DNA of 64,000 nucleotides from Sphaerodactylus townsendi (GCF_021028975.2 NC_059429.1:91884001-91948000); one strand, 5' to 3'; positions 38,698 to 50,764 are shown, counted from the stretch's first letter. Notes: generated by a model from the letters alone, not told the origin. Numbers and translations: made by a program.

Positions 38698-41029
38698 TTG
38701 GTTGTTAGCAACAAGTGATCTGGAGTCCAGACCCATTCTTGCCTCAACATAACAGAAGATTTGTGCTTTTCAAATCTTCCATTTGTTATTTCAGGAGGGG
38801 GTGGGTGGGGGGCACATTCATTTATGACTTTCATCTTTTTTTGGACAGAAAAGAGAACAACCAAATATGAAATGGAATTACTCTGTAGAAGAGGCTTGGA
38901 TTCTTTAGTTTGCCAGACCTGAACCTTTAGTTTGCCAGACCTGAACAAGGTTGTTAATGATAGGATGTTTTGGAGGACATTGATTCAAAGGGTCACCATT
39001 AGTCAGAACCTACTTGACAGCACTTAACACACACATTCATGACAAATTCATCAGAATCAACATTCGGTGGGGTGGGGAGGTGACTCAGGTCTCAATTTCC
39101 GATGCTATGTGGTCATGTTCCCAGTGCTATTAAATTGATTACGTGATCTAGTTTTGGATCAGCGGCCAGTCATGACAAGCTTTTTTCCCCTTGCTGAAGG
39201 GATGCACACAGCCTCCTAAGATTTTTGCAATCTAGGTTTGTTTTAAACTATAAACCTTCCCCTTAGTTTCATGTGTTCTACAGGTAGCAAGTGTGTAGGC
39301 TTTGGGTTTGCTGCTGTGAGGTCATTTTTGTGGTGCACAGAAAAATGATTGAGATCATTGAGATTGGATTACTATATGAGCAACTAAGATTTATTTACGT
39401 ACAGGCTGGTTTTCCAGAAGCAAACCAGCAGCACAGGTCTCCAGATAGGCAAAGTAGAAACCTGGCTGAGGCACAAAAATTTAAACTGGCTATGACTTCA
39501 GAAAGTAGTTAGACTTTTCTACGGTGCTTTCAGGCACATTGATTAGCCAGTAGGTTGGATCCACTTTCACACACTGGATTCTACCCACACCAGCTTGCCC
39601 TTTCTCCAGAGTCAAACTTAATTGTATCAGGTCTACTCATCACCAGAGACAGGCCTAACAATCTAGCATTCTCCTCTCCTAGAGATAGGGATAAGCCAAT
39701 ACTGCCCTTTACTCTGCTGTTTTTCCTGAGCAGCCACTGTTCCCTCCATGAGCAGAACTCAACTCCCATGATACTGCTAACATCTCAGCACTCTTAAGGG
39801 GTCATCATAGTGGATTACTTTCCCTTCAGAGGCAGGACAGTCTTCTGTCCATTACACAAGTGATCTAGAGGAGTGCAGATCCTTGCTTCCTTGTTCCTTT
39901 CAAAGCTTCCATTTGGACAGAAAAGAGGAAGACCCAACTGTGTTGAACTGGGATTAATGACTAGTTCATGGCAGAGGAAGGCGACTTCAAGTTGAAAGGG
40001 ATTTATTTCCTCTCAAGGACACCTAAGCTTCCCAAGCCCACCATTGATGCCTTTAATATGGATGGTTGCCATCAGTAGGACCCCCTTTTTCCCCAGAGCA
40101 GAACCAGCAAGAGGCTGCCGGATGGTTCCCGTTGATGAGCATGACTCCACCACCCCAAGTAGAAGAAAAATCCCACTTGCCTTTTTACATCCACATGGCC
40201 AAGATTGTGGATGGCATAAGGAAGTTAAAGGACTACTCTACCCACCAATGTTTATGTTTAAAAAGAAGGTAACCAAAGTATGGAGGTTTTATTCAGACAT
40301 TCAATTTAGAAATTTTTAAACATCTTCACCTTTCAAGCAGAACCAATATAAGTGTAACCAAAACATAAGGGAAACAACCCTGCTATACTGGATGTCACAC
40401 TTTGTCAATCAGGCATGAGACCTTAGAACCCCAAAAACCCAGTCGGGGACCCGTGGGGGGAAGAAATATATACATTTATTTAAGCTGCAGCAGAAACAAA
40501 TAGACAATCTGACTCGAAGGAAGAAGTAATATTACAATCAAAATCGGAAGGTTTTATAGAAATACATATGCCAAGCAATTGTTACATCATTGTGCCACCA
40601 TCTTTTACATGAAAAGACAGGTGAAGCCTCCTACAGTCAATTTCCTAGGATCTATGATCAGAATATGGAAGGGAAAGGGGGCTTGAAATTACTATTCTAA
40701 AGAGACTCAGACTCACTTTCTCACTTAGTTGACACAGTTTTCTTATTTTGGGAGGTTTTCCTTATGATTGTGAATAGAACAATGGCCCAAACGATAATTC
40801 ACGCCCTTATCTCTTGAAGTGAAGGAAAAAGATTAGTTCAGTTGTATTGTCAAAGGCTTTCACAGCCGGATTCAATAGGAGTTGTGGGTTTTCCGGGCTG
40901 TGTGGCCGTGGTCTGGTAGATCTTGTTCCTAATGTCTTGCCTTCATCTGTGGCTGACATCTTCAGAGGTGTTTCACAGCAAGAAGTCTGTTACACACTGA
41001 TTTTGCATAGCAAGTTCCACCCAAACACT

Positions 41030-41582
41030 GGCTGTTTCCGCACGGGCGGAAAACAGCTCCTTAGGGACGGTTAAAACACCGCTCTGGGGCGCTGTTCACA
41101 CAGCAACGCCATGCTGGACCCGCCCAAGCGGGTAGCGAAGAGCGCCCAGCTTTTAAAGCCTGCTCCGCCTCCTGGTGAGGGTTTTTTTAAAAGCAGGCGA
41201 TCTTCCCGCTCAGATGCGAATCGCGAACTGCACTGGCGTGAGGCCTCCGCCTTTGGCCCTTCCAGTATCTGCGAGGGACTTACCTTGCCTTCCTCTGCAG
41301 CTCCGGGCAGCTGGAAAGACATGCCCACGTTGCCCTGCTGAACAGAGCCTGAGAGATTATCGCAGGGCGAAGCGTGGGCGCTAACGGCTGACCAAAGCTG
41401 CAATGGAAGGCAAGGTAAGTCAAACAACAGGCTACCCTGGGCAGACTCCAGTGCAGAGCCGCCACTGTGGGCGGTGTTGGCATCGGAACTGCCCGCATGG
41501 GACCATGCAAATGGTCCTGATGCTCCACCGGTTTCATTTATGCCGGTGGGAAGCCACTGCCTCTGGCTGTGCGGAAACAGCC
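41030..41582. mobile_element. GC/CpG-rich Harbinger-like MITE nested in the Penelope-like element
   Basis: TIR GGCTGTTTCCGCAC...GTGCGGAAACAGCC, related to 10011-10530. Confidence 0.72.
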
Positions 41583-41705
41583 TTTCAGATTGGTTCCCCA
41601 CCCTGGGACATAGACAATATATACCCCATTCCCAATATATACCCCATATATAAACATTCCCTTTACACTAGACACAGTGCGTAACAGACTTCTCGCTGTG
41701 ATACA

Positions 41706-41746
41706 CCTCTGAAGATGCCAGCCACAAATGCAGGCGAAACGTTAGG
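41706..41746 (+). ncRNA. Minimal type I hammerhead ribozyme motif (Penelope-associated)
   Basis: CCT-CTGAAGA-T-GCC(13 nt)GGC-GAAA-C-GTT-AGG: core boxes CUGANGA and GAAA, helix I CCU/AGG, helix II GCC/GGC, palindromic ACGU helix III, NUH = GUU. Confidence 0.65.
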
Positions 41747-42946
41747 AACAAGATCTATCAGACCACGGCCACACAGCCCGGAAAACCCACAACCCCCACT
41801 AATTCAGCTGTTTGTCAGAAGTGCCTAATGTTCTTAAAGCATCTTCGAACGCAGGGAACGAATTCAACTCCTTGCTATGATGCTATTCTTTCAGGGGAAT
41901 AATTCACATTTCAGCACATTCTGTATTGACAAATTATGAGTGCGAACTCCTTCCCTGGACAGATAGTCAAGCTCTAGACAAACACCAAAATGGAATGATA
42001 TTTTCAGTTGACTGAGCAACAGATCATGTAAAAATGTTGAAGTGCATCAAGTCTTTATCAATTAAAAATAATTATGCCTTGGTTAAAACTATCAATAAAA
42101 TAACTATGAAAGCATCTCCATATCCTAGCAATTGCTGCATACTAAAACCCCTGATCTTTTCCCAATCTGCCAGAGTCTGTCAGCCAGAGCAACTGCCAAC
42201 AACTGACTACTGTCTTAACTGTTTCCAGCTTCCTCCTAATTGGTGAAGAGCTGACAGTAAAAGAATCTGGAGTTTCACCTTCCTCCTTTATCAGAGTGGT
42301 TGCTGTCCATACGGATTCATACCAGCAGTTGACCCATCAAAGTCAACAGAGAAAGAGAATTTGGGGTTTCGTAAAGCTATCGTACTCACATGAGATTAAT
42401 TGACTCTATAAAGGAAGTCATAGTTTGCCAAACTTAGTGGACATGATTAGGAATATTCATGGATGTGCAGGAGACACATTTTGAGCATCTGCAATTTCCC
42501 ACAGCTCCTTCTGCACTGTTCATTGTGTGGTGACTTCAGTTAATTGTATACATAACTGAATTTACTCTGACCTGACTTCAGCTGAATTATTAGTTCACAT
42601 TTGAGAGTTTCCTTTGGTCATCGTGCTGCTTACAATCTGGGGTATGTACATGGAAAACAGACCAGTTAAAAGGGGATAAAGGACATGAGTTAATACAGTG
42701 GCCAGGGCTTTAAACTGTAGCGCTCATTCCTACTCAGTTTTGTTTCTTGCTGTAACGTCCTGGGAAGAGACTAGCACACAGGTAGCATATTTTCACAGAT
42801 CAAGTCCCAAGGTCAGATTCGTGACATCCAGTTAAAAATAAGTTCCCGGTAGGGCTCTTGCCACTTCAGAGAGCCAAAATTGCTCGGGGTTGGCAGTACT
42901 CAGTTTACAGGATCAATGGTCTGAATTAAGATGGCAGCTTCTCATG

Positions 42947-43526
42947 TTATGATGTACTGTTAACTGCATAATCTTGATCTCTGCAGAAGATGTACGTTCT
43001 TAAAATCTGAGAGCATGTTTCCCTAAATTTCTTTATCTTGAAAGCATAGACAATTGGATTCATGACTGAATTTGAGTGGCTGAGAAGGATGCCGATGTAC
43101 CACATATACTGGGGGATCTTAATACGAGGGCAGAAATTTTGAATGCAGTTCATGATACACAGAGGAAGCCAACTCACAGCAAATAACAAAAGGACCAAAG
43201 TCAAATATTTGACTATCTTAAACTCCCTTCTGTAAAATGTTCTTGTTCCTCTGACATCTTTGGACCATTGTCTTAGCTTTGTTTGGATAATGCAGAAGAC
43301 ACTTCCGTAGAGAACAATCATGATGATCAATGGGATAAGGGTACCAACAAAAAAGCTGAAATAAACCATGTACTCCATTTTCATAATTCCGGTGAAAGTG
43401 CAATTCTTGTAGCTTGATTTTTTTTCTGTCCATCCAAAGATGGGTGCAAACCCCATCATCACAGACAACAGCCAGACTATTCCCAGAGCCACCAGAATTC
43501 TTTTTTGACTGGTTATTATCCTATAC
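42947..43526 (-). CDS. ADORA3: Adenosine A3 receptor-like paralog A, coding exon 2 (TM4-TM7)
   Basis: Acceptor ACAG|G; FGW...CTF...MEYMVYFSF, SWLPLCIMNC, ILLSHSNSVMNPIVYAFKIKKFRET; stop at 42947. Confidence 0.9.
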
Positions 43527-44022
43527 CTGTTTGCAAGGGATAAACATAGAATTCCATATAAAAAAAAGATTCGCTTTTTAAAAGCTATAAAGGTTCCAGA
43601 TCACATGCATTCATTTTTATGAGAAATTCTAAGCCATATTTTATTTTATTTTTACAAAATCCTGCCCTCCCACCCTCACAATTACCAAATTAAAACTGAC
43701 ACAATAAAATCACATTTAAGAATCAACTGAAAATCATTAACACAATTAAACCCTCATCTCCTTAGTTTGCAAATTATTTCCCTATGTAAAAAGAAAAAAG
43801 AAAAGCTGCTCAAACATGACAAGGGCCATCATTTAACATATGGTGATAACCTTTTGTCAGCATCTTGTTAAGATCTATTAAAAGTTGTGAGCTTTTTTCC
43901 TGGTTCTTGCCATGAGACTCTGGAGTGGCAACATGGGAGCCCTTGGCTTTTTTTCTTCTTTGGGCATGCAGTTACTTTCTCATCTTTGGCTTGGCCAGCA
44001 CCTGGCTTACCTCCAGCTAGAC

Positions 44023-44121
44023 CAGGGGTAGGGAACCTGCGGCTCTCCAGATGTTCAGGAACTACAATTCCCATCAGCCTCTGTCAGCATGGCCAATTGG
44101 CCATGCTGGTGAAGGCTGATA
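44023..44121 (+). mobile_element. Truncated copy of the 148-bp palindromic hAT MITE in the paralog A intron
   Basis: Matches the left arm and centre of 5092-5239; right arm lost. Confidence 0.85.
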
Positions 44122-45141
44122 AGTCCTGAACCATTGGAAAACACTCAACTAACTAGACTATAGGAACTCTGCACTGCTTGAGAATGCTTGTAGTGATTTC
44201 ACTCTGCTGAGATCTCAAGGGTGGGGATTGGAGGAATGTTTGGAAGAGAGAGATTAACCAAGAAATGCTGTAGTGGAACTCAGTTCCATTAAAGCTCGCT
44301 TTCATGCTGTGTTACCAAACCACCCTGGCATGGGTGGGTGGAATGCTTATTCACGAGTATCCTTGCCCTCCTGCCAGCCTAAAAGGGTGATGCTGGTCTT
44401 GCAGAGATGGGGAGCCCCAAACGTAAAAAGCTGGCAGGTGTAGATCCTACAAAGAGCTTTCAGGAATTGTGATTCCACTGTTTCTCATGCTCTCAGCTTG
44501 CTTGCCATATCAGCACATTTTCAGCTCCACAGCCAAAGAATGTGTCCTCAACATGATACAGTCGCCCTGCTGAATGGATTTCCAGCTACAAGAAGACTCT
44601 CCTGATGTCATTGCCTCCCACGGTTCATGCTTAAACCTTAGATACTACTCCCTTCTGTAACTAACTTCTTCTGACCACCTTACAATGCAATGTTGGGGTG
44701 AGAGATGGGACAGGAGGTGGACAGAGAAAGAGAGTGTGAGGGGTTGGGGATCAGAAAGAGAAAGAAAAAGTAATGGAGTTGAGAACAGAAAGTGAGAAAG
44801 AAAAAGTGATGGGTGGGAATTAAAAAAATAGAAGGAACAGCCGTAGTTTGACAGAAAGTAAGAGAGCAGTGCGGGAGTGAAAGAGAAACAGCGAGAAAAG
44901 TGGGGAGGGGGAGAGAGGAATCAAAGGTGGGAGAATGGCATGACTACTCCCCATACATATGCGGGCTCCTACTTGTATGCCATATTGGTTTCATAATAGG
45001 AAATGGAAGCCCATCAGTTCAAACGTTCAAATCAGCATTTGCCAGTAGTAAATACAGACAGTCTTATGCATATAAGCCAAATGTTTAAACCCAAGTTCCC
45101 AAACTGTCCTTGAACAATTGGTATCTTTAACAATGACTCAC

Positions 45142-45464
45142 CGGGTAAGGAACCTCACTCTCAGGTATCTGTCAACAGCAATAGCAAGGAGTGACATGAT
45201 CGAGGTTTGAGTGCAAGCCACCAGCAGGCAGCACATGAAGAGGCAGGCTTCGAAAGGGAGTTGGACTTTTAAATCCACCATGATGGCCACTGGCAACACG
45301 AGTCCAACTGCAATATCTGCCAGTGCTAGTGAGAGAATGAAGTAGCAAGTTGTTGTCAGACTAGCTGAGTTCTTCTTAACTACCCAGATGACTAGGATAT
45401 TACCCAAGGTAGCAAGCACTGCAATTACAGACTCCAGGAAAGCATAAACTTCCTTGAGTCCCAT
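45142..45464 (-). CDS. ADORA3: Adenosine A3 receptor-like paralog A, coding exon 1 (TM1-TM3); 300-aa protein
   Basis: CCAAGATGG start; [49 protein letters not shown]; donor CG|GTGAGT after DRY, the conserved adenosine-receptor intron position. An in-frame upstream ATG at 45521 is also possible. Confidence 0.9.
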
Positions 45465-45808
45465 CTTGGAAATGAAGAATATCTCCTCAAAATGCAGAAT
45501 TATGGAAATTTCTTTCAACATTGATGACCTGAAAAAAGCTTGGCATATCAGGGATCCTATAACCAAGCACCCAGTGATGCCCACATCCTCATAAATTCAC
45601 AAAAATTACATTTCCCTGCTAAGTGTACATTTCCCTGCTAAGTGTTTTTGTATGCTGAGCCAGAAGTGAGTAAGCTTCATAATGGGATTTCAGTAAAGAA
45701 AAAGCTAGATAAGATTTTAAAGGCTCTTTATATTTTAATTGCAGCAAAGCCCATTGAGGGAAAGATGCAGTGAGCCCTAGCAAAGGGTGACAACGTGTGG
45801 CTAGGCTG

Positions 45809-46182
45809 GGGGAGGGTTGGAAGGTGAGGCTTTGAGTGGGGGAGGGTTGGAAGGTGTGGCTAAGGGTGGGGGGAGGGTAGAATGTGAGGCTTGGAGTGAG
45901 AGGAGGGTTGGAAGGTGAGGCTTGGGGTGGGGGAGGGCTGGATGCAGTGGTGGGATTAAAATAATGTAACAACCGGTTCCAGTGGTGGGAATTCAAATAA
46001 TTTAACAGCGGGTTGCTTACAAGCACCATTTTAACAACCAGTTCTGCCAAAGTGATGCAAACCTGCTGAATCCCACCACAGGTGTGGCTCAGGGTGTGGC
46101 TAAGGTGTGGGGGGAGGGTAGAATGTGAGGCTTGGAGTGAGAGGAGGTGAGGCTTGGAGTGGGGGGAGGGTAGAATGTGAGA
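45809..46182. repeat. G-rich ~30-bp minisatellite interrupted by a small hAT-like MITE (~45945-46079)
   Basis: Units such as GGGGAGGGTTGGAAGGTGAGGCTTGGAGTG; insert CAGTGGTGGGATT...AATCCCACCAC. Confidence 0.8.
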
Positions 46183-46667
46183 TCTGGATGCCATTGGGAT
46201 ATGTTTTATTGACAGGACAGGTTGCTAAATCTGTCTATTGTTTTAGAGTATTAAATTGTATTTTTTAATGTTGAAATTGCCCTGAGCCTATAAAGAGTAG
46301 GGCAGCCTACAAATAAAATAAAATATCCTAAAAGTCTGTGGCGTGAGTACAGTCTGCCTCCAAACAAGGTAAATTTAGACTTAGAGATGGGAGAAAGTAT
46401 TCCTGCAAGGTAGGATTTACAACCAGTTATGGATACAGAAATCCCAACATGTTGGAGTTTATGATCAAGAGGCAGTTGAGAATGTAATATGCTTCCCTAT
46501 CAATAAGTATTCCAGAGAGGGAGAGAGAATTCTCCCTGGGATCCCCAGTGGAATCATGAAGTTCTGAAAGGATCTATTATTTACTGTAAGACTTCATTTC
46601 ATTTCATATGACATGATTGTTAAAAGTACTTTTTGTTGTTGCAGCTGTGAAAATAAGAACTGGACAT

Positions 46668-46668
<1 letters not shown>

Positions 46669-46730
<62 letters not shown>
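46669..46730. repeat. (TAT)n microsatellite, ~20 units, probably the 3' tail of the adjacent L2-like LINE
   Basis: Directly visible; abuts the 3' end of the minus-strand LINE. Confidence 0.9.
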
Positions 46731-48415
46731 GTAATTAGTGCAGGTTTATAGACCCGCCCTCCCCGGAGAACTCAAGAGGCCCGATGTGAACAACATGTAT
46801 AAGTAAGAAACACAATATCAAGTTAAAACCAGTAAGTAATGCATATAAATTAGAATGCAGCTCTAATAGAAAATACAGCCCTACCCCCCATTAAAATACT
46901 ACATTATTAAGAGTACATTAATATAAAGATGGCACCTGCTGCCAGCTCCCCAAAAGCCAACCCTAGGGGGGGAGGCGGTGGGATCAAGCTAGATGTTATA
47001 AAAAGAGAGAGAGGGAGGGGCCCCAATCAGCTGCCTAGGCCTCCCCCAAAGGCCCAGTGGAACAGCTCCGTCTTGCCCAGGCCCTGCGGAACTCAGCAAG
47101 AATCCATGGCAGGGCCCAGACAGCACAATTTTGGTGGGAGGCGAATTCCACCAGGAGCCCAGAAGGCCAGAGCTGTAAAAGGCTCTGTAGCCTGGGTGGG
47201 AAGACCAGCCTTACCGTATCCATTGAGGGCCAGGGATCACCAGTAAAGTTAGCCTCTGCCGGCCATGAAGACAAGATTTAGCAGGACATATAAGGGTAGG
47301 CATGATCCGGTAGATGCGAAGGAGATCCCGGGCTCGCCAAGGGCCTTAAAAGAGTTAATACCAGCACCTTTTATGAACATGATTCGGTATTCAGTTGAAG
47401 TAGCCAGTGCAGCGGCCGAAGCTTACAAGGTGTAATATGCTATGTTCTCTCATGGCACCCCTGTGAGCATCACGGGCCGCATGCATTCTGGACTTAACAT
47501 TTTTCAGATCTCGAATCGAGAGCGCCTTAAAGGCCTGCGTGAAGCCAGAGTTGCAATAATCTAGCCTGGAGGTGACGTTGCATGGACCACAGTAGCAGCC
47601 AGTCAATTGACGGGAGATGAAGGGGAGCCAGCTAGCCGGTTTGGCGTAAGATGGTAAAAAAGAATCAGGACCCGGGTTATATGGGCCACCTGGAGTCTCC
47701 ATTGAGAGAAGAGAATGAATCCAGAGTGGACCCCCCCGAATGCTAGAGACAGAGGGCTGGCGGGTGCCAATGCATAGCCCCCCCTCCCATCATCAGCGGC
47801 TGAAAATCCCACCCCCCCTCACACCCCAAGCCAAAGGATCTCCGTCTTGGGTGGATTCAGTTTCAACCTGCTCTGAGCACCAACCAACCCAGCCACGGCC
47901 TCCTAAAAGCAATGCTGGAGAGCTGCCGAAGCGTGACTGCTCCCACTCCATCAACAGAGATGAGCTGAGTGTCATCCCAGCATATTGGTGACCACGATCA
48001 GCCCGAAGCTCCGCACCAACTGAGCAAGGGAGTGCATATATAGATAATAATTGAGGCAGCAGAAGCCCTGGAGGCACACCACAATGAAGTGAGCACCTCC
48101 GGGATGCTTGGTCCCACACCACACTTGCTGTGTCCGGTCCCGGAGAAACGAGGCAATCCACTCAAGGACAGTGCCTGCTTTTGCACCCAGGCGGCCAGGC
48201 GGTGGGTCAAAGGGTAGGTGGTCGACCACATCAAGCGCTATGTTAGATCTAACAAAACCAGCAAGCGCCGATCCACTATGAAGTCTGGTTGCAAAGGGCA
48301 AATCCGTGTGGCCAGTGAGGCGGTCTCTGTCCCATGCCCAGCCGCCGGAACCCGGTTGAAAGGGATCAAAAGCGATGTCCTCCAGGAAACTGAAGCTGCT
48401 CCAACACCACTCTGT
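46731..48415 (-). mobile_element. L2/CR1-group LINE fragment (RT region, frameshifted)
   Basis: Pieces DPFQPG, LDVVDH, LEWIASFLRDRTQQV, HCGVPPG, HQYA, VTSRLDYCNS spread over several minus-strand frames. Confidence 0.85.
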
Positions 48416-48665
48416 CAATTACCTTCTGAGAAACCTTCCCAGAAGGATTTTGTATATCAGAGATTTATTTATCCTGTAAAGATGATCACAATTTAAGTTC
48501 TCCATGATACACTACACATGTAACTAGAGTTTCCCATGCTGGTAACTGATGTAATGTCTATGTATATATTTGTTTGTTTGTTTTTGTGAATACTGTTTTG
48601 CTACTAGTTAAGTTTTAAACAGATTTCATCACATATAGTGCTGGATGACAGGATGGGAAATCTAT

Positions 48666-50764
48666 GGCCCCTTCCGCACATGCAGACTAATGCACTTTCA
48701 ATCCACTTTCAATGCATTTTGCAGCTGGATTTTACTGCGCAAAATAGCAAAATCCACTTGCAACACTGGCGTTCCTGCCTAGGGACAGGGGTTACCCTAT
48801 GTCCCCTGAAGCCCCATTTAGTGGTCCGTGGAAGCCAACATTTCGAATTAAGTTTGTGCAATCTTTTAAAATTTTAAGTGTTTTTTTTCACGTTTCAAAG
48901 GTACTGCAGAGGCGTATTTTAAGGCCTTCATGGAACCAACATTTCAGGGTACCATCCAGAGACTGTCCTGATGATACCACCCAAATTTGGTGATGTTTGG
49001 TTCAGGGAAGCAAAAGTTATGGACCCCCCAAAGGGGTGCCCCATCCATTGTTTTTCAATAGGGAAGGGCTAACCTGAGATGGGAGCTACTCATTTGAGGG
49101 ACCATAACTTTGGCCCCCCTGAACATAACTTCACCAAACTTGGGTGGAATAATAAGAATAGTTAACAGATGATACCCTGAAAATTTGAGTGTCACTAGCT
49201 TTACAAAATACCCTTCCAGAGCACCCAAAGAAAATTTGCCCAGGATTCTTTGTTTTGCAGTGACTTTGCTCCATTGTAGCCAATGGGAATTTCTGAAGTG
49301 TGTAGGCAGGCTGCATTTTTTTTTGAAGATAGAGGCACCAGACTTTCAGGGTGGCTCCAGGAGAACCTCCCTGGTAATAGCATCCAGGTTTGGGGCAACT
49401 TTGCTTCCTGGAGGGTTCAATTTTATGGGCCCCAAAGGCTTATTTTGTTTCCCAGCTCCTGCACATGAGAAGCCTGTGGGCTGAGTTCTCTCAGAACTCT
49501 CTCAACTCCCCCCGCTCCAGAAGCAAAGCTCACCAAGCTTGGGTGCTGTTACTCAAAACCTCTTGGAGCCACCTTGAAAGTCTGGCACCTCTATCTTCAA
49601 AAATGTGCAGCCTGCCCCAGAAATTCCTCATTAGCTACAATGAATTAGCTACAAAATCACTGCAAAACAAAGAATCTTGGGCAAATTTCTTGGGGCGCCT
49701 GGAAGGGATGTATTTTTAAGCTAGTGATACCAAAATTTCGGGGTATCATCTGTTAACTATTCTTATGATGCCACCCAAGTTTGGTGAAGTTATGTTCAGG
49801 GGACCAACGTTATGGTCCCTCAAATGGGTAGCCCCATCTCAGGTTAGCTCCGTTGAAAACAATGTGGATAAGGGCATTTCCATTTTGGGCGATCCATAAC
49901 TTTGCTTCCCTGAACCAAACATGATGCCAAACTCGGTGAATTATCATCAGGGCAGTCTCTGGATGATGCCCTGAAATCATGGTGCCGCTAGCTTTAAATA
50001 AACTGGCTCCTGCGAATGAAAAAACTATAAAATACCCCAAACCAAATGATACCTTGCATTAGCATTTTGTTCATATTAGGGCAGGGACATAATCGGACAA
50101 TTTTTTGTCCGAATATTGCTAAATTTGCCAGTTTCCAGCCGAATCTTCTATTTGTTTCATCTGAATCTCCAACCCTCCAAAAGTGATGCTGTTTCCAGGG
50201 AATTTGGGGAGAATCCCACCCAAACAGCATCACTTTCCCAATTGTTTTAACCGAAGGGACTCCAGATTCTCCTTTAAGGTGAATTTAAAGAAGAATCCTG
50301 AGCTCCCTAGTTTAGAAAGCACCATTGAAAGTGATGCTGTTTGGGGAGTGGATCCTGGAGAGTGTTTTGTGAGAGAGATGATGCTGACATTTGTTTTGGT
50401 AAATGTTTTGCTGGGGGTGATTTAATGAGAGATTTACATGCTTAATACCCACTTGCACTGGCAGGTTGTTGTTTCTCAGGCTAACAACCTACCTCATAGG
50501 GTTGTTGTGATTAGGAAAATTAGGAGGAGAAGAGTTGGTGGGGAGAGGCATGTATGTTTTCTGGGAGTGGGAGGTGTTTTGTGAGCTGGTACAAAAAAAT
50601 CATTGTTTGGTCATGGTGGGGGAGGGTGGCGACGCCCTATGCCTTGCAGAGGCATGAAACTCAGGTTTTGTCCCCGGGTGCCAGTTTGCCTAGGTATGCC
50701 CCTGCTTGCAAACAATTGTGAAACTGGATTGAAAGTGTATTAGTCAGCATGTGTGGAAGGAGCC
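48666..50764. mobile_element. Harbinger-type MITE split by a ~1.94-kb hAT-like insertion (48764-50704)
   Basis: MITE halves 48666-48763 and 50705-50764 with TSD TAT on both sides. The insert runs CACTGGCGTTCC...GGTATGCCCCTG and is flanked by duplicated CTTGCAA. Confidence 0.85.

Larger units (their letters stand above)
40843..41797. mobile_element. Penelope-like element with inverted terminal arms and a nested MITE
   Basis: 40880-40999 is the reverse complement of 41676-41796; homologous to the 23.2-kb element; similar flanks (TAGTTCAGTTGT/TAATTCAGCTGT) suggest a decayed TSD. Confidence 0.8.

Noticed and set aside
40928-40968. Second hammerhead on the minus strand, sense to ADORA3-A
   Set aside because: The catalytic GAAA box is mutated to AAGA and helix II is weakened; predicted inactive.
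38071-42946. C1orf162 or TMIGD3 exons expected from human gene order
   Set aside because: No recognisable Ig-domain or transmembrane exons seen; absence is not proven without tblastn.
45522-45584. Longer N-terminus of ADORA3-A from the ORF track
   Set aside because: Crosses a probable acceptor at 45529 and has no receptor-like sequence.
24148-45645. Short direct duplications (~24148-24215, ~37532-37568, ~38903-38946, ~45607-45645) as array-like or CRISPR-like structures
   Set aside because: Only two units each, unrelated to one another, in eukaryotic DNA; ordinary slippage or repair duplications.
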